From assembly GCA_002633005.1 (NCBI GenBank), contig NMRA01000339.1, positions 144,685 to 208,684 of the forward strand: a stretch of 64,000 nt of DNA. The letters run 5' to 3'. This stretch comes from Phoronis australis (taxonomy: Eukaryota > Animalia > Phoronida). The notes beneath the pieces were generated by a model. It did not search any database, had not been told where the DNA came from, and worked only from the letters and a program-made list of their open reading frames with translations. A program made the translations under genes and the position numbers. Shown piece by piece: positions 38,108-51,079 of the stretch. Each line of letters opens with the position of its first letter. Positions within the stretch are counted from its first letter, which is position 1.

Positions 38108-38263
38108 TCTCAGATTCTAAACGTGGTGTACCTGCCTCCCGTTCAGTAACGCTAGGACCTAGCTTAAAAGCAAGACTTTGCGAGATTACGCGAGATATTG
38201 CCGTGTATTTTAAATACGAGCACGTGACCTTGACTAGCTTTTAGCTAGGTATTAGCGTAGGTC

Positions 38264-38600
38264 CAGAGACCGTAGAGAGGGAGACGTTTCACCTAGCGAA
38301 ATCCTATTGGGCGGCCACTGGCGGCCATTGTTGTTCCATGGACCGTAGAGACGTCTAGCGGGTGTGTGTGGGAAAAAAGGAATATGGCTGATACTCGTGG
38401 TCAGTGGTCACAGAGACAAGATATTTTATCTGATCATGCAGTTCATATAGATTTCCCATAGTTAATACCTCTGAGGGTAGTGCTGTGTCAAGTAACTTCA
38501 AAACAAGATATGCCGGCTTCAGTCCCTAAAAAGAGGATCAGAGGAGGTTTTTGCGCTGCAGAAAAACCGGACTTGCACTCCCCACTGATAAAGACAGGTG
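38264..38600 (+). mobile_element. P-element/THAP-type transposon 5' end, copy 1
   Basis: CAGAGACCGTAGA..GGGAGAC start shared with 40037, followed by decayed GGFCAA.. and a GTGAG donor. Confidence 0.55.
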
Positions 38601-39059
38601 AGATATACGAGTCAACGAGTGAATTCTTTTTGTGAAAATGCTGCCTGTCAACCATTGATGTTGGCAGAGTGATTTGAACTTGTCTTACCTTTAAGTTTCA
38701 AGGTTTTATTTGATTACTCAAAGCAAAATTGTGGTAATCCGTTACATATGGCCGGGATGATGGGTACTATAAGTACTTGATTTTAGAGCCAGTTACTCCC
38801 AATGAATTACGCACGTTATTCAGTGGTAGTAACTGGTTCTCAAATGAATTTTGAGTGAGGGACCCACCTATCAAACTATAACCGAAATTGTCCTGCTGAT
38901 AACTTGTGTTTCTACTCTATGATTGGATCTAAACTGTAATTTCTTTCACTTCTTCAATTCACTTCAGTGTTTATCCATTCAGATCCAAGAGATAGGTCAC
39001 AAACAGCAAGTGTGAGGACCTGCTAAGGAGAAATGTTGTGATGTTAACTTGTTCCAGTA

Positions 39060-39211
39060 CAGTGCTGTAGTGGTAAAATTAGAGGTAAGTAGGCGCCTAA
39101 AGCCCACCGTATCACATTGAGCACTGTAACTTACGGTGCGTAGGCGCTACTTTCAAATGCCAAAAGGTGGTTGGCTGCGCCTATATGCGCCTACGCCCCA
39201 CTACAGCACTG
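39060..39211. mobile_element. hAT-type MITE (152 bp)
   Basis: Perfect 14-bp TIR CAGTGCTGTAGTGG/CCACTACAGCACTG and 8-bp TSD TTCCAGTA/GTCCAGTA (7/8). Confidence 0.85.
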
Positions 39212-39617
39212 GTCCAGTAGACTAGTATGGGTTTAGTTAGGTCTTTACTGTGATGGTTATTCATTGTACTTTGAAGGACCTATAGTCCGAAGGGTCATTA
39301 CTTGAAAAATATATCAATCAGGTGTTATTCCAAAGCAACATTACTCAGAAGGGTTATTACTTAGCTGCAATAATGGGAAAGAGTGAGTGACGCTGCATAG
39401 AGAATATTGCTGATACCACATATTTTTCCTTCATGTTGTATTTGTTATAATATAAATGATATTTTTCCAGCCAATAAATCACAGCTATGCCACGAGTGAG
39501 CTCAGTGAAACACCCCCATCTGCTGAGCACCATGCAGTGCTGCTTTAGTAAAGCTCTTAAGTGAGGTAATAGGACATAATTGATAATGACCATAATTTCA
39601 TCCTCCATGACTGATGG

Positions 39618-39761
39618 TTTTGTTATACCTATTGTATTGCTACCTGAAGCTCACCTCTCTACTTACTATAGTTATAAAAAAGCGGACTATGTTGTTATAT
39701 CTATTGTATTGCTACCTGAAGCTAACCTCTCTACTTACTATAGTTATAAAAAAGCGGACTG
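39618..39761. repeat. 72-bp tandem duplication
   Basis: TGTTATAyCTATTGTATTGCTACCTGAAGCTmACCTCTCTACTTACTATAGTTATAAAAAAGCGGACT occurs twice. Confidence 0.95.
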
Positions 39762-40036
39762 CTAAAAATCAGAGGATGAGTCTTGAGCCAGGCTGTTTGT
39801 TAAAAATCTGGGTGTGGACAAGTAGACAGTTGTAGGTAGTTAACATGTGTAGATGTATTTTTGTATTCATTCATTTCAGAAAGTTGTTGACTTGCATGAG
39901 AAAGTAAGTCAAGTGGGGATGCCGAAAAGTCTGCACCCAGCGGTCCCTATTGTGCCTGTGACTGTAGAGGGAATTGTCAGTGGTGCTGTCAGATTAGGCA
40001 TGGCGCCATTAACTTCAGCATCTTTGGTGCTACTAT

Positions 40037-40290
40037 CAGAGACCGTAGATAGGGAGACAGTCCACCTAGCGAAATCCCATCGGACGACCACTGGTGGACA
40101 TTGTTGTTTCATGGACTGTAGACACGTCTAGCGAGTATGCGTGCAATAAACAAATGTGGCAAGATATCACGGCTCCCGTCAGTAAAAAAAGCAATGGTGC
40201 TTTTTGCACTGCTTACGGCTGCAGCAACAGTTAATTGAAAATTCGTGACTCATGCTTTTTTGCTTCCTCAATGATTAAGATAGGTGATGT
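40037..40290 (+). mobile_element. P-element/THAP-type transposon 5' end, copy 2
   Basis: Homologous to 38264-38390, followed by a THAP-like start NGAFCTAYGCSNS and a GTGATG donor. Confidence 0.6.
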
Positions 40291-41560
40291 TCATGATTGA
40301 AACAGAGGATATTTCTGCGTGAATCTCTTGCCAGTCATTCAGTGATGGACTGGGTGTCTTTACTGTTTCCTGCATTTGATTGCTGATATAGAAAATTGTC
40401 ATAAATTGTTTGCATGATTTTGGAAACTACTGATTAGTTTATTCTATGCCCATTGATGCTTCTAATTACTTTTTTCATTTCGTTCTGCAGTCTCAATACA
40501 TTCAGATCTAAAAGATAATTATATTTACTATTATTTACTAATTTTGTTATTGTTTTTTATCATATATTTATTTTTATATCTATTCTTGATTATTTATTAT
40601 TGTTTATTTGCTATTAGTTATTTAAATTATTTCTTGTGATCCCATACAGTCAACATCCTGGCTGTCGTTGATCAATAATCTGTATAATATGATCATGATA
40701 TGTACTTCAGTGCATAATAACTATTATGTTTATGGTTTGGTAACCTACTTGATTATTTGCCATAGGAAGTGGTGAAGGAAGTGTTCTTTTAAAGGCACAT
40801 TGAGCCATACATCTGTGGACACTTCGGTGGTATGTGTATTACCTTGGAAACTTGTTACACTTCAGTGACGATGTTGTTTGTTTAGATTTTTGTTTTGACA
40901 TGGGTTTTAAAACATCAAGTCAAGAAATAAGGCGTCGTTATGTTATTTACTATGAAGTTGGCCTGCCAACGCAGGCTGAATATGCCTTTAACTAACTGCT
41001 GATAGTTGATTTAAAAATGTGAGTGATTTATGAGAGCTGGAAAGCATAGTAAAAAATATCCAAAATGGATTGCATATTCAATAGGCATCTTGGCTGTTTT
41101 ATGGGGGCATACAAGGCAGGTTTACTGGACTTCAGGCAGGAATTCCATCTCTTGCAGGTTTGGAACCCGTACCCCTCTTGCCTCCAGTTTCATTCACCAC
41201 AACCCACCCCAATGCGCTACCCATTTCAGATACCATCGGGCACGGATGCTTGGGGTCCAGTGAATCAGTCCCAAGTAGCGACTCCACTGTTGCCTAAAAC
41301 TACTACGTTTTTGGGAGTTTTCTACGTTGAATTCTCAATGATTGAAAATAAGTAGGGATCTTTTCATGCAATGCACCTAATTTAAGGACTAAGTCCCTAA
41401 ATGTTTTGACTGAATTAAGAGCTCAGTTTTTAGTTATATTATTATAAAACATCATAAGTCAAAAGAGGAGTTCATAATAAAGATAAAATGATAGAAAAAT
41501 ATAAAAACTGTGAGTAAAGAACAAAAAAATGCCTAAAAGATTTACCAACTCAGTTGAGTA

Positions 41561-41719
41561 CAGGCAGATCCAGGGTGGCAGGTTAAAGGGGTCTGGACCC
41601 CCCATTTTCCTTGATTGTAGTGATATCAATGCTAGAATTTTCAAATTGTTGACTTGGGCCACCTTTCTTAAAAAATCATTATCCGACCCCCCCTTTAAAA
41701 AATCCTGGATATGACCCTG
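41561..41719. mobile_element. hAT-like MITE (CAGG..GATCCAGG family)
   Basis: CAGGCAGATCCAGG...CCTGGATATGACCCTG imperfect inverted ends. TSD not clear. Confidence 0.55.
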
Positions 41720-42429
41720 TTGGGTCGATATTTGGGACAGTTTCATGTAAATGGGCACAGACACAACTGCTTGAATCTAGAACGTCTTTAAGATGTGAAT
41801 TTTCGAAAGAAAGATCTACTAATTTCTCCATTTTATTTTAAAACAAAGTTTGTGTGTTAAAAGCTTACATAATTAATTGTTAATTAATTGATATTAACAC
41901 CTGGAATATTGGGGGAAGAAAGCTATCTCTGCCCCCAACCTTTCAATTGGTTGAGGGGCAGCCCCCACTCCTATCTCTTCTTCAGCAGATCCATTTGATG
42001 TTTATTACATTCCTGACCCCCCTGGACAAAATCCTACAGGTTCGGTACCTGCACATTCTCCAATAACCTACTTTCATCAGCTCAGCTCTTATTACTGAGT
42101 CTCCCTCTTGCTTATGATTTATTTCTCGTAATTTATATTACCTTTGCTGCCCAAATTTTTTCTTGGTTTACTCTATATTTTGCCTATGTGTATTTTTCCA
42201 TTACAGTGCTCGTGTTTTTTGTTTTCAATATTTTAAACAAAGACACTTCACTGACAATTTTGAATTTGGCAAACTAAGATCGGCCATAGTGAATGCCTTG
42301 CGTACTTCGTCGGCCCACACACACTCGCTAGGTGTCGCCACGGTCCATCACACAATAATGGCGGCGGCCTTGGTGAATAGTCTTGTTAGCGTCTTTGGTA
42401 GGTCCTAGCGTCTACTGAACGCACGCCTG

Positions 42430-42609
42430 TAGTGGCCCCTAGCGACAAACTCTGAAAACCAATCAACACCGTCCTCTAGCGACAGATCTCAAAAACTGAG
42501 GTGTAAACAGGAAGTACGCAGGACAAGAAAAGAGACTGAGCAACTGAACCTGTTCAAAGAAACGCAGCCTAACTATTGTACTTGTTGGAATCACATCAAT
42601 ATATACTCG
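42430..42609 (+). promoter_or_regulatory. Candidate promoter / non-coding first exon of the PH-domain gene
   Basis: CpG-richer segment with two CTAGCGACA motifs, CAGGAAGT (ETS-like) and a possible donor G|GTAAAG at 42610. Inference only. Confidence 0.3.
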
Positions 42610-42875
42610 GTAAAGATACGTCGAACTCACTTTTAGACCTTACTTGCGTAACTTCCCTTTGTTTCTGTCTTCCCTGGCTTTAGACAGCGGTATCGTCTCG
42701 ACTGGCCATCGGCATCGTCGGCCTGGACTGGACTTGGAGCTTCAATGAAGCCTTCATACGTGGTAACGGCGGAAGTTTTTCGGCGAATTATGTCTTACAT
42801 TGATTAAAACATCAAAGTCACGTAGTTATACGTATCTTTTGTGTATAGAGGGATATCTTGGGAGGCCGTGTAGGC

Positions 42876-43617
42876 CAGCCTTCGTAATTTGATTAATTAT
42901 TCGTTATCCACTCCGGAAGTGACGTTTTGGGAGGCAAGGATTTCGCGCCAATTTCTTTCCCATAGTCTGACTATATGAGCGTTGTCGAGTCAGTCATTCA
43001 TTTACCTCGGTTGTCATAAGCTCAGTCATCGTTTGTTTTTGTTTACGAGTCAGTCAACATGCCACACTGTTGCTGCCTACCGGGATGTACTCATTATGGC
43101 CCAAAGCCTGTAAGCAGCCCTACTGCAATGTTGAGTAGTGGGAGTGAATACAGGCCCCGTTCGAAACCAAGTGAAGAGGACAGTTCGTCGTTCAATGAAT
43201 AGATCGGTGAGCCAAACTTTGATAAGTTTATTGTGGACTTGTCTGAAGTATTGGAGCTATTTAGAAGGTGCCAGGTGTATGGCGAGGGAGTCACACGGCA
43301 GGGTGTAAACAGTTTGTGTGCTCAGGTCACTATCAGTGGGAGTGTGTCGCGGACACTCGGGCAAGTGGGACAGTTGTTCCTCTGTCCGTGAGATGATAAT
43401 GAGTACATCCCGGTATGCAGCAACAATGTGGCATGTTGACTGACTTGTAAACAAAATCACACCATGACCGAACTTATCAAAACCGAGATAGAAAAATGAC
43501 TGACTCGGCAGCTCTCACAGTCAGACAATACCAAAAGAAATAGGCGGGAAATTATTGCCTCCCAAAACGTCATTTCCGGAGTAGACAACGAATAATTAAT
43601 TAAATTACAAAAAGCTG
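42876..43617. mobile_element. Foldback element with ~220-bp inverted arms, each ending in a THAP-like start
   Basis: 42876-43097 is the reverse complement of 43396-43617 (roughly 80% by eye). The arms read MPHCCC(L/I)PGCTHY inward. Confidence 0.85.
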
Positions 43618-44639
43618 TAATTAAGTAGAAAATGTGTCTGGGATAACCAACGAACCTTATTTTTGCTAAAAAAGACATGAAAAAAGGTTGACTTCGCCTT
43701 TAATTCCTTCCGACTCGAACACATACACCGCGTAACATAATCATACTTTTTTCGTTCAGTCCATAAAATGATTGCTGTGCATTGTTGTTTAGGACACAAC
43801 ACCTTGTTTTCAAGCACTAATGGCAAATTTGGGCAAGTGCTGAATAGGCCCCAGTACATATGAAATTGAATATTGCATTTAAAATGTTTAGATGTCTGGT
43901 TAACATGCTGTAAACAACCCCTTTAAGGACATAAGGATCGATCATATGATCAGCCTCACCACTCCACCAGTTCTATCCACATTCCTGGCTCATTTGGGGA
44001 CTAGTCATGAACAGAGTGACTCTATTAACTACGATACAATGATCATAGCTAAATAGCATTATTCAAAGTGCCCATGCTTTGTTTTTCCATTTTCTTTTTG
44101 GCAGGACAAGAAAACGGATGGAAACCATTAAGTCGGAATACTGGGCAGTAAATATTAGAATATGTGGGTTTTTGAATTTTCAAAACTGGTGATTTTGTCC
44201 ACAAAAACCCAAGTCCTGAGTTAGTCATTGGAAAGTAGGTACTGGCATTATACTGCATCACTAACTCACATGAAGTTGGGTTTTGAGCTCTGAGATAATT
44301 GAGTATTTACAAGTGTTGAAAATGACTAGTTTCTTAGCATCCATGTGTTCAACTGGACTGATGGAATGAGGTACTCAAAATTCACTAGGTGTCGCTAGTG
44401 AAGCAAGGTGCCTTAACGTAGAAGTGTCCCCATTCAGGCAAATCATGTAGGTCTCTTATCACATAAACGCCCTCCCGCTGAAGAGCTACAGTACCTTCTG
44501 CTCTTGATCTATTCAAATGTTTAAAAGAAGGACTTTTAATCCCGAACACCAACCCGTGGATATCAAGTCTCTCATTGTGTACTGTTTCATCACTTTCAGA
44601 ATTTTCCTTGTGTGCAGGACATTCGGGTGGAATGAAAGG

Positions 44640-44685
44640 ATGTCATCATTCCTCATCGTAAAAGCTGGTTGGCTTTTCAGAGAAA
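44640..44685 (+). CDS. PLEKHB2: PLEKHB-like coding exon 1 (MSSFLIVKAGWLFRE)
   Basis: VKxGWLxR PH-domain start, with GTAAGT donor. Confidence 0.9.
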
Positions 44686-45008
44686 GTAAGTCAAATCTTT
44701 ATGTGGACGAATTCAACTTAGCCGACTGTGAATATGTGATGTGCAGATTGATTGCCACTAAGATTTCTGGTAAAAAACTTCCGTTTTGGATCATTTATTT
44801 TATACCATGCAATGCTCAGTACTCACAGTGTACCATGGTTTGCAAACAAAGTAAGTGGTTACCACTTTTATATATTATTGCAATTAGTAGTGAAAGAATG
44901 ATGATCTGAATAATGCCAAGTGTATACTCTGTGCTTTGTATACTATCTCTGTCCATCTTTGCGGGCAATTATCACCAACCAACTTTACTATTGTTTTGCT
45001 ACTTTCAG

Positions 45009-45154
45009 GTAGTATTTTGAAACGTTGGAAAAGAAGTTGGTTTGTTCTGTATGCCAATGGAGAATTGAAGTACTTCGAAACGCCGGACAATTATGAAGCA
45101 GAGGAGACAATCTTGGTTCCACATCAAGTGGTTTACTGCCAGATTGGGACACAG
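45009..45154 (+). CDS. PLEKHB2: PLEKHB-like coding exon 2
   Basis: SSILKRWKRSWFVLYANGELKYFETPDNYEAEETILVPHQVVYCQIGTQ, with TTTCAG acceptor and GTAAAT donor. Confidence 0.93.
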
Positions 45155-46321
45155 GTAAATGCTACTGTGGTACTAAGTAGCCCTGCCATTTTGAGTTGAA
45201 GGGTTTCATCAGATTTCAACTCTCAGTGGCAGGATAGCATTTTAGTGACCAGGAGACCGATTCTCATGTGGTGTGGGAAGTCTTTTTCTGTACCCCTGAT
45301 GAGAGAAGTGAACTGCTTCTCCTTTTTTGTAAACAAATGTTAAGTTATTTATAGGTAAAAAGCCTACCAGGTGAGTAAAATTCTTTTTAAGAGAAAAATT
45401 TGCGGTCCTATTGTTTGCGATTTAGGATTAATTGAATTGGAATTTGTGGATTTGGGAATATGATGTGTAGTGTCTTTTAAAACATGATCAGATATAGAGA
45501 ATCCTACACTTGTCTCAGTTCATGACATGTGCAAAACCTCTTGGAAATTTCATTAAAATCCCTTGGCTTTGTTTTCTCACATGAACCGTGAAAACGATCT
45601 TTTTGCCGAAAAAACTTAATCTGTCTAAAACTTTCAAAAACATGACGCAATTTTTGTAAAAACACGCTTGTGCAATGCAAAGTAAATCCCATTACTTTTT
45701 GTTAATAATTTTATTATAAACTTAATAACTGTAAATTGTATTTAGCTCTCATAACAAACATTCACAGTAGATGCTGATAAATACTCTTTGAAGTTGTATA
45801 AATTCAATAAAACTTAACAAATGTATATAAGTTACACTGTCAGCAAGGTTTCCCCTTGCATGAACACTGGATTGACCTTGAGATTGCACAGTTAGTCTCT
45901 CCGCGTGATTTCTTAAGTTGGGGTTCATTTCCGTTTGAATGAACGTGGATATGGGATTCCTTGCTGAAGATGTTCCATTTTAGAAGTTGTTTGCATGTCA
46001 TTCTAACTGGGATTACTGCTGCTTTTGATGTCATATTGAAGCGTGTCGGATTGTTTGAGGTTGATGCTTGGTTGTTGGCATTAGTGCTTTGCAGACAATA
46101 AAATGTAAGGCATATGGATTTCTATTTTGCATTACTTTGTGATTTGCCCATGTAATATAAAAATTATGTACTCTGTGTTATTAACCAGTCATGTCATAAC
46201 ACATTTCAGTTCATGTGAGACAATGGATTTATTTTTTAGTGCACTGTCGTATTCATCAATGCAGTTCTTTGTCACTGTTACTGTGTATGGGTAGTTGAGA
46301 AATAAAACATTTTCATTCCAG

Positions 46322-46431
46322 TGTGGGGATGTGGCGCCACCTACGGCGCTGAGTAGAAATTGTCTTTTGGCAATGTGTGGAAATGAAGACAACAGGTGGC
46401 AACTGTGTGCAGAAAGTTCTGATGATGCTAG
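46322..46431 (+). CDS. PLEKHB2: PLEKHB-like coding exon 3
   Basis: CGDVAPPTALSRNCLLAMCGNEDNRWQLCAESSDDA, with TTCCAG acceptor and GTAACG donor. Confidence 0.92.
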
Positions 46432-46885
46432 GTAACGGACTTTGCTTATTTGTCAATGGCTATTTTTTTAGTTTAGTTTCATATTACAGATTGAAACATG
46501 AGTGAATTGTGGCTAATGAGTAAATGACTATTGTGAGCAAAACTGTAAGTTAGTACACCCTAGCAGTTGCATTATTAATCACATAATGAAACAGGTCATG
46601 TGAACTCCTGTTTCAACTTGATTATTTACTTCTCATATTAACCTTGGGTTATAAATGTCTTTCTGTAATGGTCTTTTCACTTATGTCTTAAAAATATTGT
46701 CCAGTGAAAAATAAAGTGCTCAGATGACACATTATGACATGCCAAAGCATTGACTGCTCGTCTCTCGTTAACTCTGTGATATTTGGAAAATCTAAAAGTA
46801 GTCTTTCTTGCTTGAAAAATACAACATACATTGTGCGTGTATGAAATGTTTAATTCCATAGCTCCTTAACTCTTGTTTTATACAG

Positions 46886-47088
46886 AGCATGGCAAATTGC
46901 AATTGAACAGGCACAAATGGTACCCATCATACGGCCACGATCAGCCCCACCCTATGGGCCTAGTCCTTACCTTGCCAGAAATTTGCCTTCGTATCCTTCG
47001 CCTGCGTATCTACCTTATCCCAACTCACCCTACATGTACAGAAATGACCAAGGCTATTCATATGAATATCCTCTACAGCATTCCTATG
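46886..47088 (+). CDS. PLEKHB2: PLEKHB-like coding exon 4
   Basis: RAWQIAIEQAQ (PH C-terminal helix Trp) then a Pro/Tyr-rich region (APPY..YSYEYP), with TACAG acceptor and GTATGT donor. Confidence 0.9.
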
Positions 47089-47770
47089 GTATGTATCACA
47101 TAGCTATTTGTAATAGTGGTGTTGTCTTAAAAGATGATCATATTGGGGGATCTGTGAAAGAATTCACCTGCAAAGACTGGAGAGAAATGCATGAAGCTAC
47201 CTAGCAAGAATTTTTTTTGGTACTAAATGAAACACTGTACATGGAAATTTAGGACAGAGAATGTTGTCCGGCTTATTGATCTCTTTCAAGTCGAGCTTTG
47301 TAAATAAATGGTAATAACTGTGACAGTTGATAATACCATAAATAGATGTCACCTTTTTCCTTTTGGCAAGCTATTACCCTTTTTTCAACTTCCGATTGTT
47401 TTGTTGTCTGAATATCATGGTGAGAAGTGGCATACATAGTATTGATTGTTCATCCTTGCGTGTTTGCTTCGTTTGACACAGCCAAACTAAACAAACATGC
47501 TGAGTTTTAAACAAAACAGGACACTGCGACATGTTAAAAGTATTTGTGGAGAACATTGGGCATTACTTTGAGGATGTAATTTTGATACTGGTAAGATGCA
47601 AAATATAATTATTTACCCTTGTTTCTGGTTTGATGGTTGTTGGCTTGCCACCAGGTTTAGTCTCCTTGTACATTATCTTGCTGGTCTTTCTCTACTTTTG
47701 TAGTAATTTCTGGACTGCTTTCATGGACCCCAATGAAGAAATTGAAATTAAAAAAAAATAATTGCTGGCA

Positions 47771-47868
47771 GTCTGGTACACTTTGTACTAGTCTGGTACA
47801 TGTTGTACTTGTCTGGTACAGTTTGTGCTAGTCTGGTTCACGTTGTACTAGTCTGGTACACTTTGTAG
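47771..47868. repeat. Minisatellite, 20 bp x 5
   Basis: Consensus GTCTGGTACACTTTGTACTA. Confidence 0.95.
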
Positions 47869-50800
47869 CAAAAGTGAACAGGCCATGCTGAAGAATTCCA
47901 GGTGGTCACCAGAGGGCACTGAACCTAATGCTTCGAAATTTTTGGCGAGCATGTAGAGCATCTTACTGCCATCACAAAAGTCTTTTAATTCATATGTCGT
48001 CTTAACTGCATCCATATCATGGAAGCCTCAATGGGAGAAAAATTGCTAACAACGTTCTCATTAAGGAATGTAAAGAGATATCCACTCCCTGACTGCAGCC
48101 AACTCCTGGAGTATATAGTGTTGCCACCTGATGACTGTCTCAATGTGTCACCTACAGTCTATAGTTCACCTGGCTTTGATCTCTCAAATTAATGGTGGTG
48201 TAATTTTACCCATTTCAAAACTCCCTGTGCAGTGGCATAGAACGCACTCCCACAGTTTTCAATGACATTTCACCATCCTTCCGAGGAGCTTAATGCTCTG
48301 CCAGTGGAGCCAACCCCCACTCAGTAACAAAATATTAACATTATTATTTTGCTAATCAGAGTGAATAGGCATCAGAGTTTCCAGGGTAAACTGATAAAGA
48401 CACCGACTATGATCTCTGCTTATGTCTCTCAGACAACAGGGAGAATTTGCAATTTGTATCAAAAGCTTAAAAACAAGGGATTTTGTTGTTTTTCAGCTGT
48501 GAGATAATAACTTCAGCGAGTCTGATCCCTGTTGTATATCTTGACCACGTTTTTGTTGGCTGCTTAATGAAGCAAACACAACAATCCCATCCAATAATTG
48601 TCCCAAAAAATGTTTCAGCTGTAAAACCCATAATTTCCCTTCAATGGCAGTGGCGTGGCACTTCTTGGTTTTATCACTAGTTTAGCTTTTCCTGAGTCAT
48701 AAAAATGAAATCACAGCTCTTGCCCACCGACCAACCTCCCGCACTGCTTGGACTCTCTCACTGAGGACAAAGCTAACCATCTTAGTTGTCTTCATAGTAT
48801 AGGTGTTCCATTACAACTACAAGCTAGAGGGTGGTGAGCGTGTGATACCATCTAGCTTCTTTGTTAACTGCCAAGCCCAATCTTTTGTCTGGTATGACAA
48901 CAGACAGGCCAATTATCTACCAGGCTTATTACAGACCACATGTGAACACTGTCAAACACAGAGCGAATTGGTACCTTAGGAAAACATAGATTGTCGTAGC
49001 TTCGGTTGTAGTTGGACCATTTTGTCGATTCAAAAACTAAACAGAATCACCATTTGACGAACATTTCAGAAATGCTGTTGGTTTATTTTCAAATGTGATA
49101 ATTTAACTTTCATTTTTAACTGCACGGCCCAATCAGGCTAGATACGATTTCATTGGAGATTAACGCAATTATCGGACAAAAGAGAGCTGACCCTCCAACC
49201 GTAAATGCCAGAATGGAGTTAATCAGTCGTATAAGATATTGGCTACAGGGGTTTTCTTCCCAACTTGTTGTTGGGCTATAGAATCGAACAAGTTGGGAGC
49301 AACGGGAAAACGCCGTAATGCATAAGCGATGTTTTAAAAGTTGTTGACATCCAATTTAGTCACTGTGTGTTGTTTAAAGATGTTTCAATGTAGCTTAGGT
49401 GTATATTAAAAGAATAATCCACGTGATATTGTTAACTCCGATCAGCGGTTGTAAATCCACCGAGTATATCAATACGCACAGTCGTTTAGGTCTATGTTCA
49501 ATCGCACCCAACGTTCGTAGTTTTAAGCTTAAAAGTTCAATCGATTTTTTAAAATCAAAAACCAAACTTGATTGTTTTTTCATCTGAATACCGCTCTGGT
49601 ATTTAATTGTTTTTAACGAAAACTGTTGGTTAATACACCAGTAATTCGCCAGTATGTTCAGGCAGAGATGCATACTACAGTTTAGGGTTGGGTAATTACA
49701 CTTAATAGGGTCTTGGTCGCACCGTACAAGCGGTCCTCGCATCGGGGAGTCCGACTCTGGCGCCGCACTGTCATTGATCCTGGTAAAAGCCGCTCAGAAG
49801 GACGAGTGGTGAAACGTCACGCATATCTTTAGAAATGCAGGACTTTCGTGTAAGCGTATTATTGACGGCATGCTAATACACAATTTATAAACGCACCTAC
49901 TGTAATCGTTCTTTGTCACTGGTCAAATCCCTCGAGATCTAATCATAAATGTAACATTAAAATGTCAATTACCATTGAGATATGGTTTATTATGAATCAT
50001 GCCACTCAGGAATCCGTACTCATCACGTTGCCTTAGCGTGGACTTACGCGAGTCTGTACGACTCTTCTTTGTCTTCCATATCTTTGTCAATTATGCACAT
50101 TCCCTAATACGGATTTTGATACAAGTTAGTTCAGTCTAAACTTAATCCCAAATGATGCTTATTCAACACAACTCCAAATACGTTCAAACTTAACTGAATT
50201 AGTATAACACTTTCAATTAAAAAGATATTGACGGTTGTGCACCATCACCTAAGATGACCACCGTGGTGACTGGCAGCTGACTGGCTGGTGCATTATGTGT
50301 ACTCACTCAACTGTCGCCATAGGTAACGAGTTTTCCGCAGTAACCATGCCAACTTAAACAAATTTTAATTAGTTTGAAATAGTAAAATAAAGCAAACACA
50401 AACATGACTGAAAGTTACGACATGTTTCTATTTCAGTGATATGCTTTGACTGACAAAACTCATCCTTGTGTTCTAAATTGGTAAATGTAAAGGATGAAGT
50501 AACGTTAAGCCTTCTAGATGTGCTTCAGTCCCGTTTTTTCACAACACCAGTGAGGCCAACTGAGTCGTAATGGTCACAGTTTTTAAAACATGCTGCAACT
50601 CTATTCCACTAAGTAGAGCCGTATCAAATAACGTACTGATACTTTTTCTGCTGTTTAAAATTAATTATTTTCATGTTGGTAATTTTCTAACCTCAACCTG
50701 CCTACCACGAGTCGAGTCCACACTGCTTCTGACGTGACGAGTACACACTGTTTGTGAGTATCCAAACACGGAGTACATGTCCCCACATGCTGAAGATCAG

Positions 50801-51079
50801 GCACCAGACTTTTGCTTCAAATCTAGAAGGCTCGAACTTCAGAAGTAGCTGCAATACTGAGAGATACATGTATATACACTCGTGTTGTTGCAAATACTTT
50901 AACTGCTAGTACAGTTTTAAGTTAGATTTAGCCTAGACTTTTATAGATAACATCATTTGCTCACCAGGCAAATCTTTTTTAACTCGTCACAGTTCCTGCA
51001 TCTGCGAGATGATATTATTTCCTCAATAGCGGCAAAAGCTTAAATAACTAGCAGTAAAAAAACTAATTTAGGTGTTCCA

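Noticed and set aside
42905-42930. CCGGAAGTGACG as the native PLEKHB promoter
   Set aside because: It lies within the arm of the foldback element and is mirrored at ~43567, so it is transposon-derived.
45296-45325. CTGATGA plus hairpin as a hammerhead
   Set aside because: No GAAA box after the stem.
47771-47868. Palindromic short repeats resembling a CRISPR array
   Set aside because: Contiguous 20-bp minisatellite without spacers.
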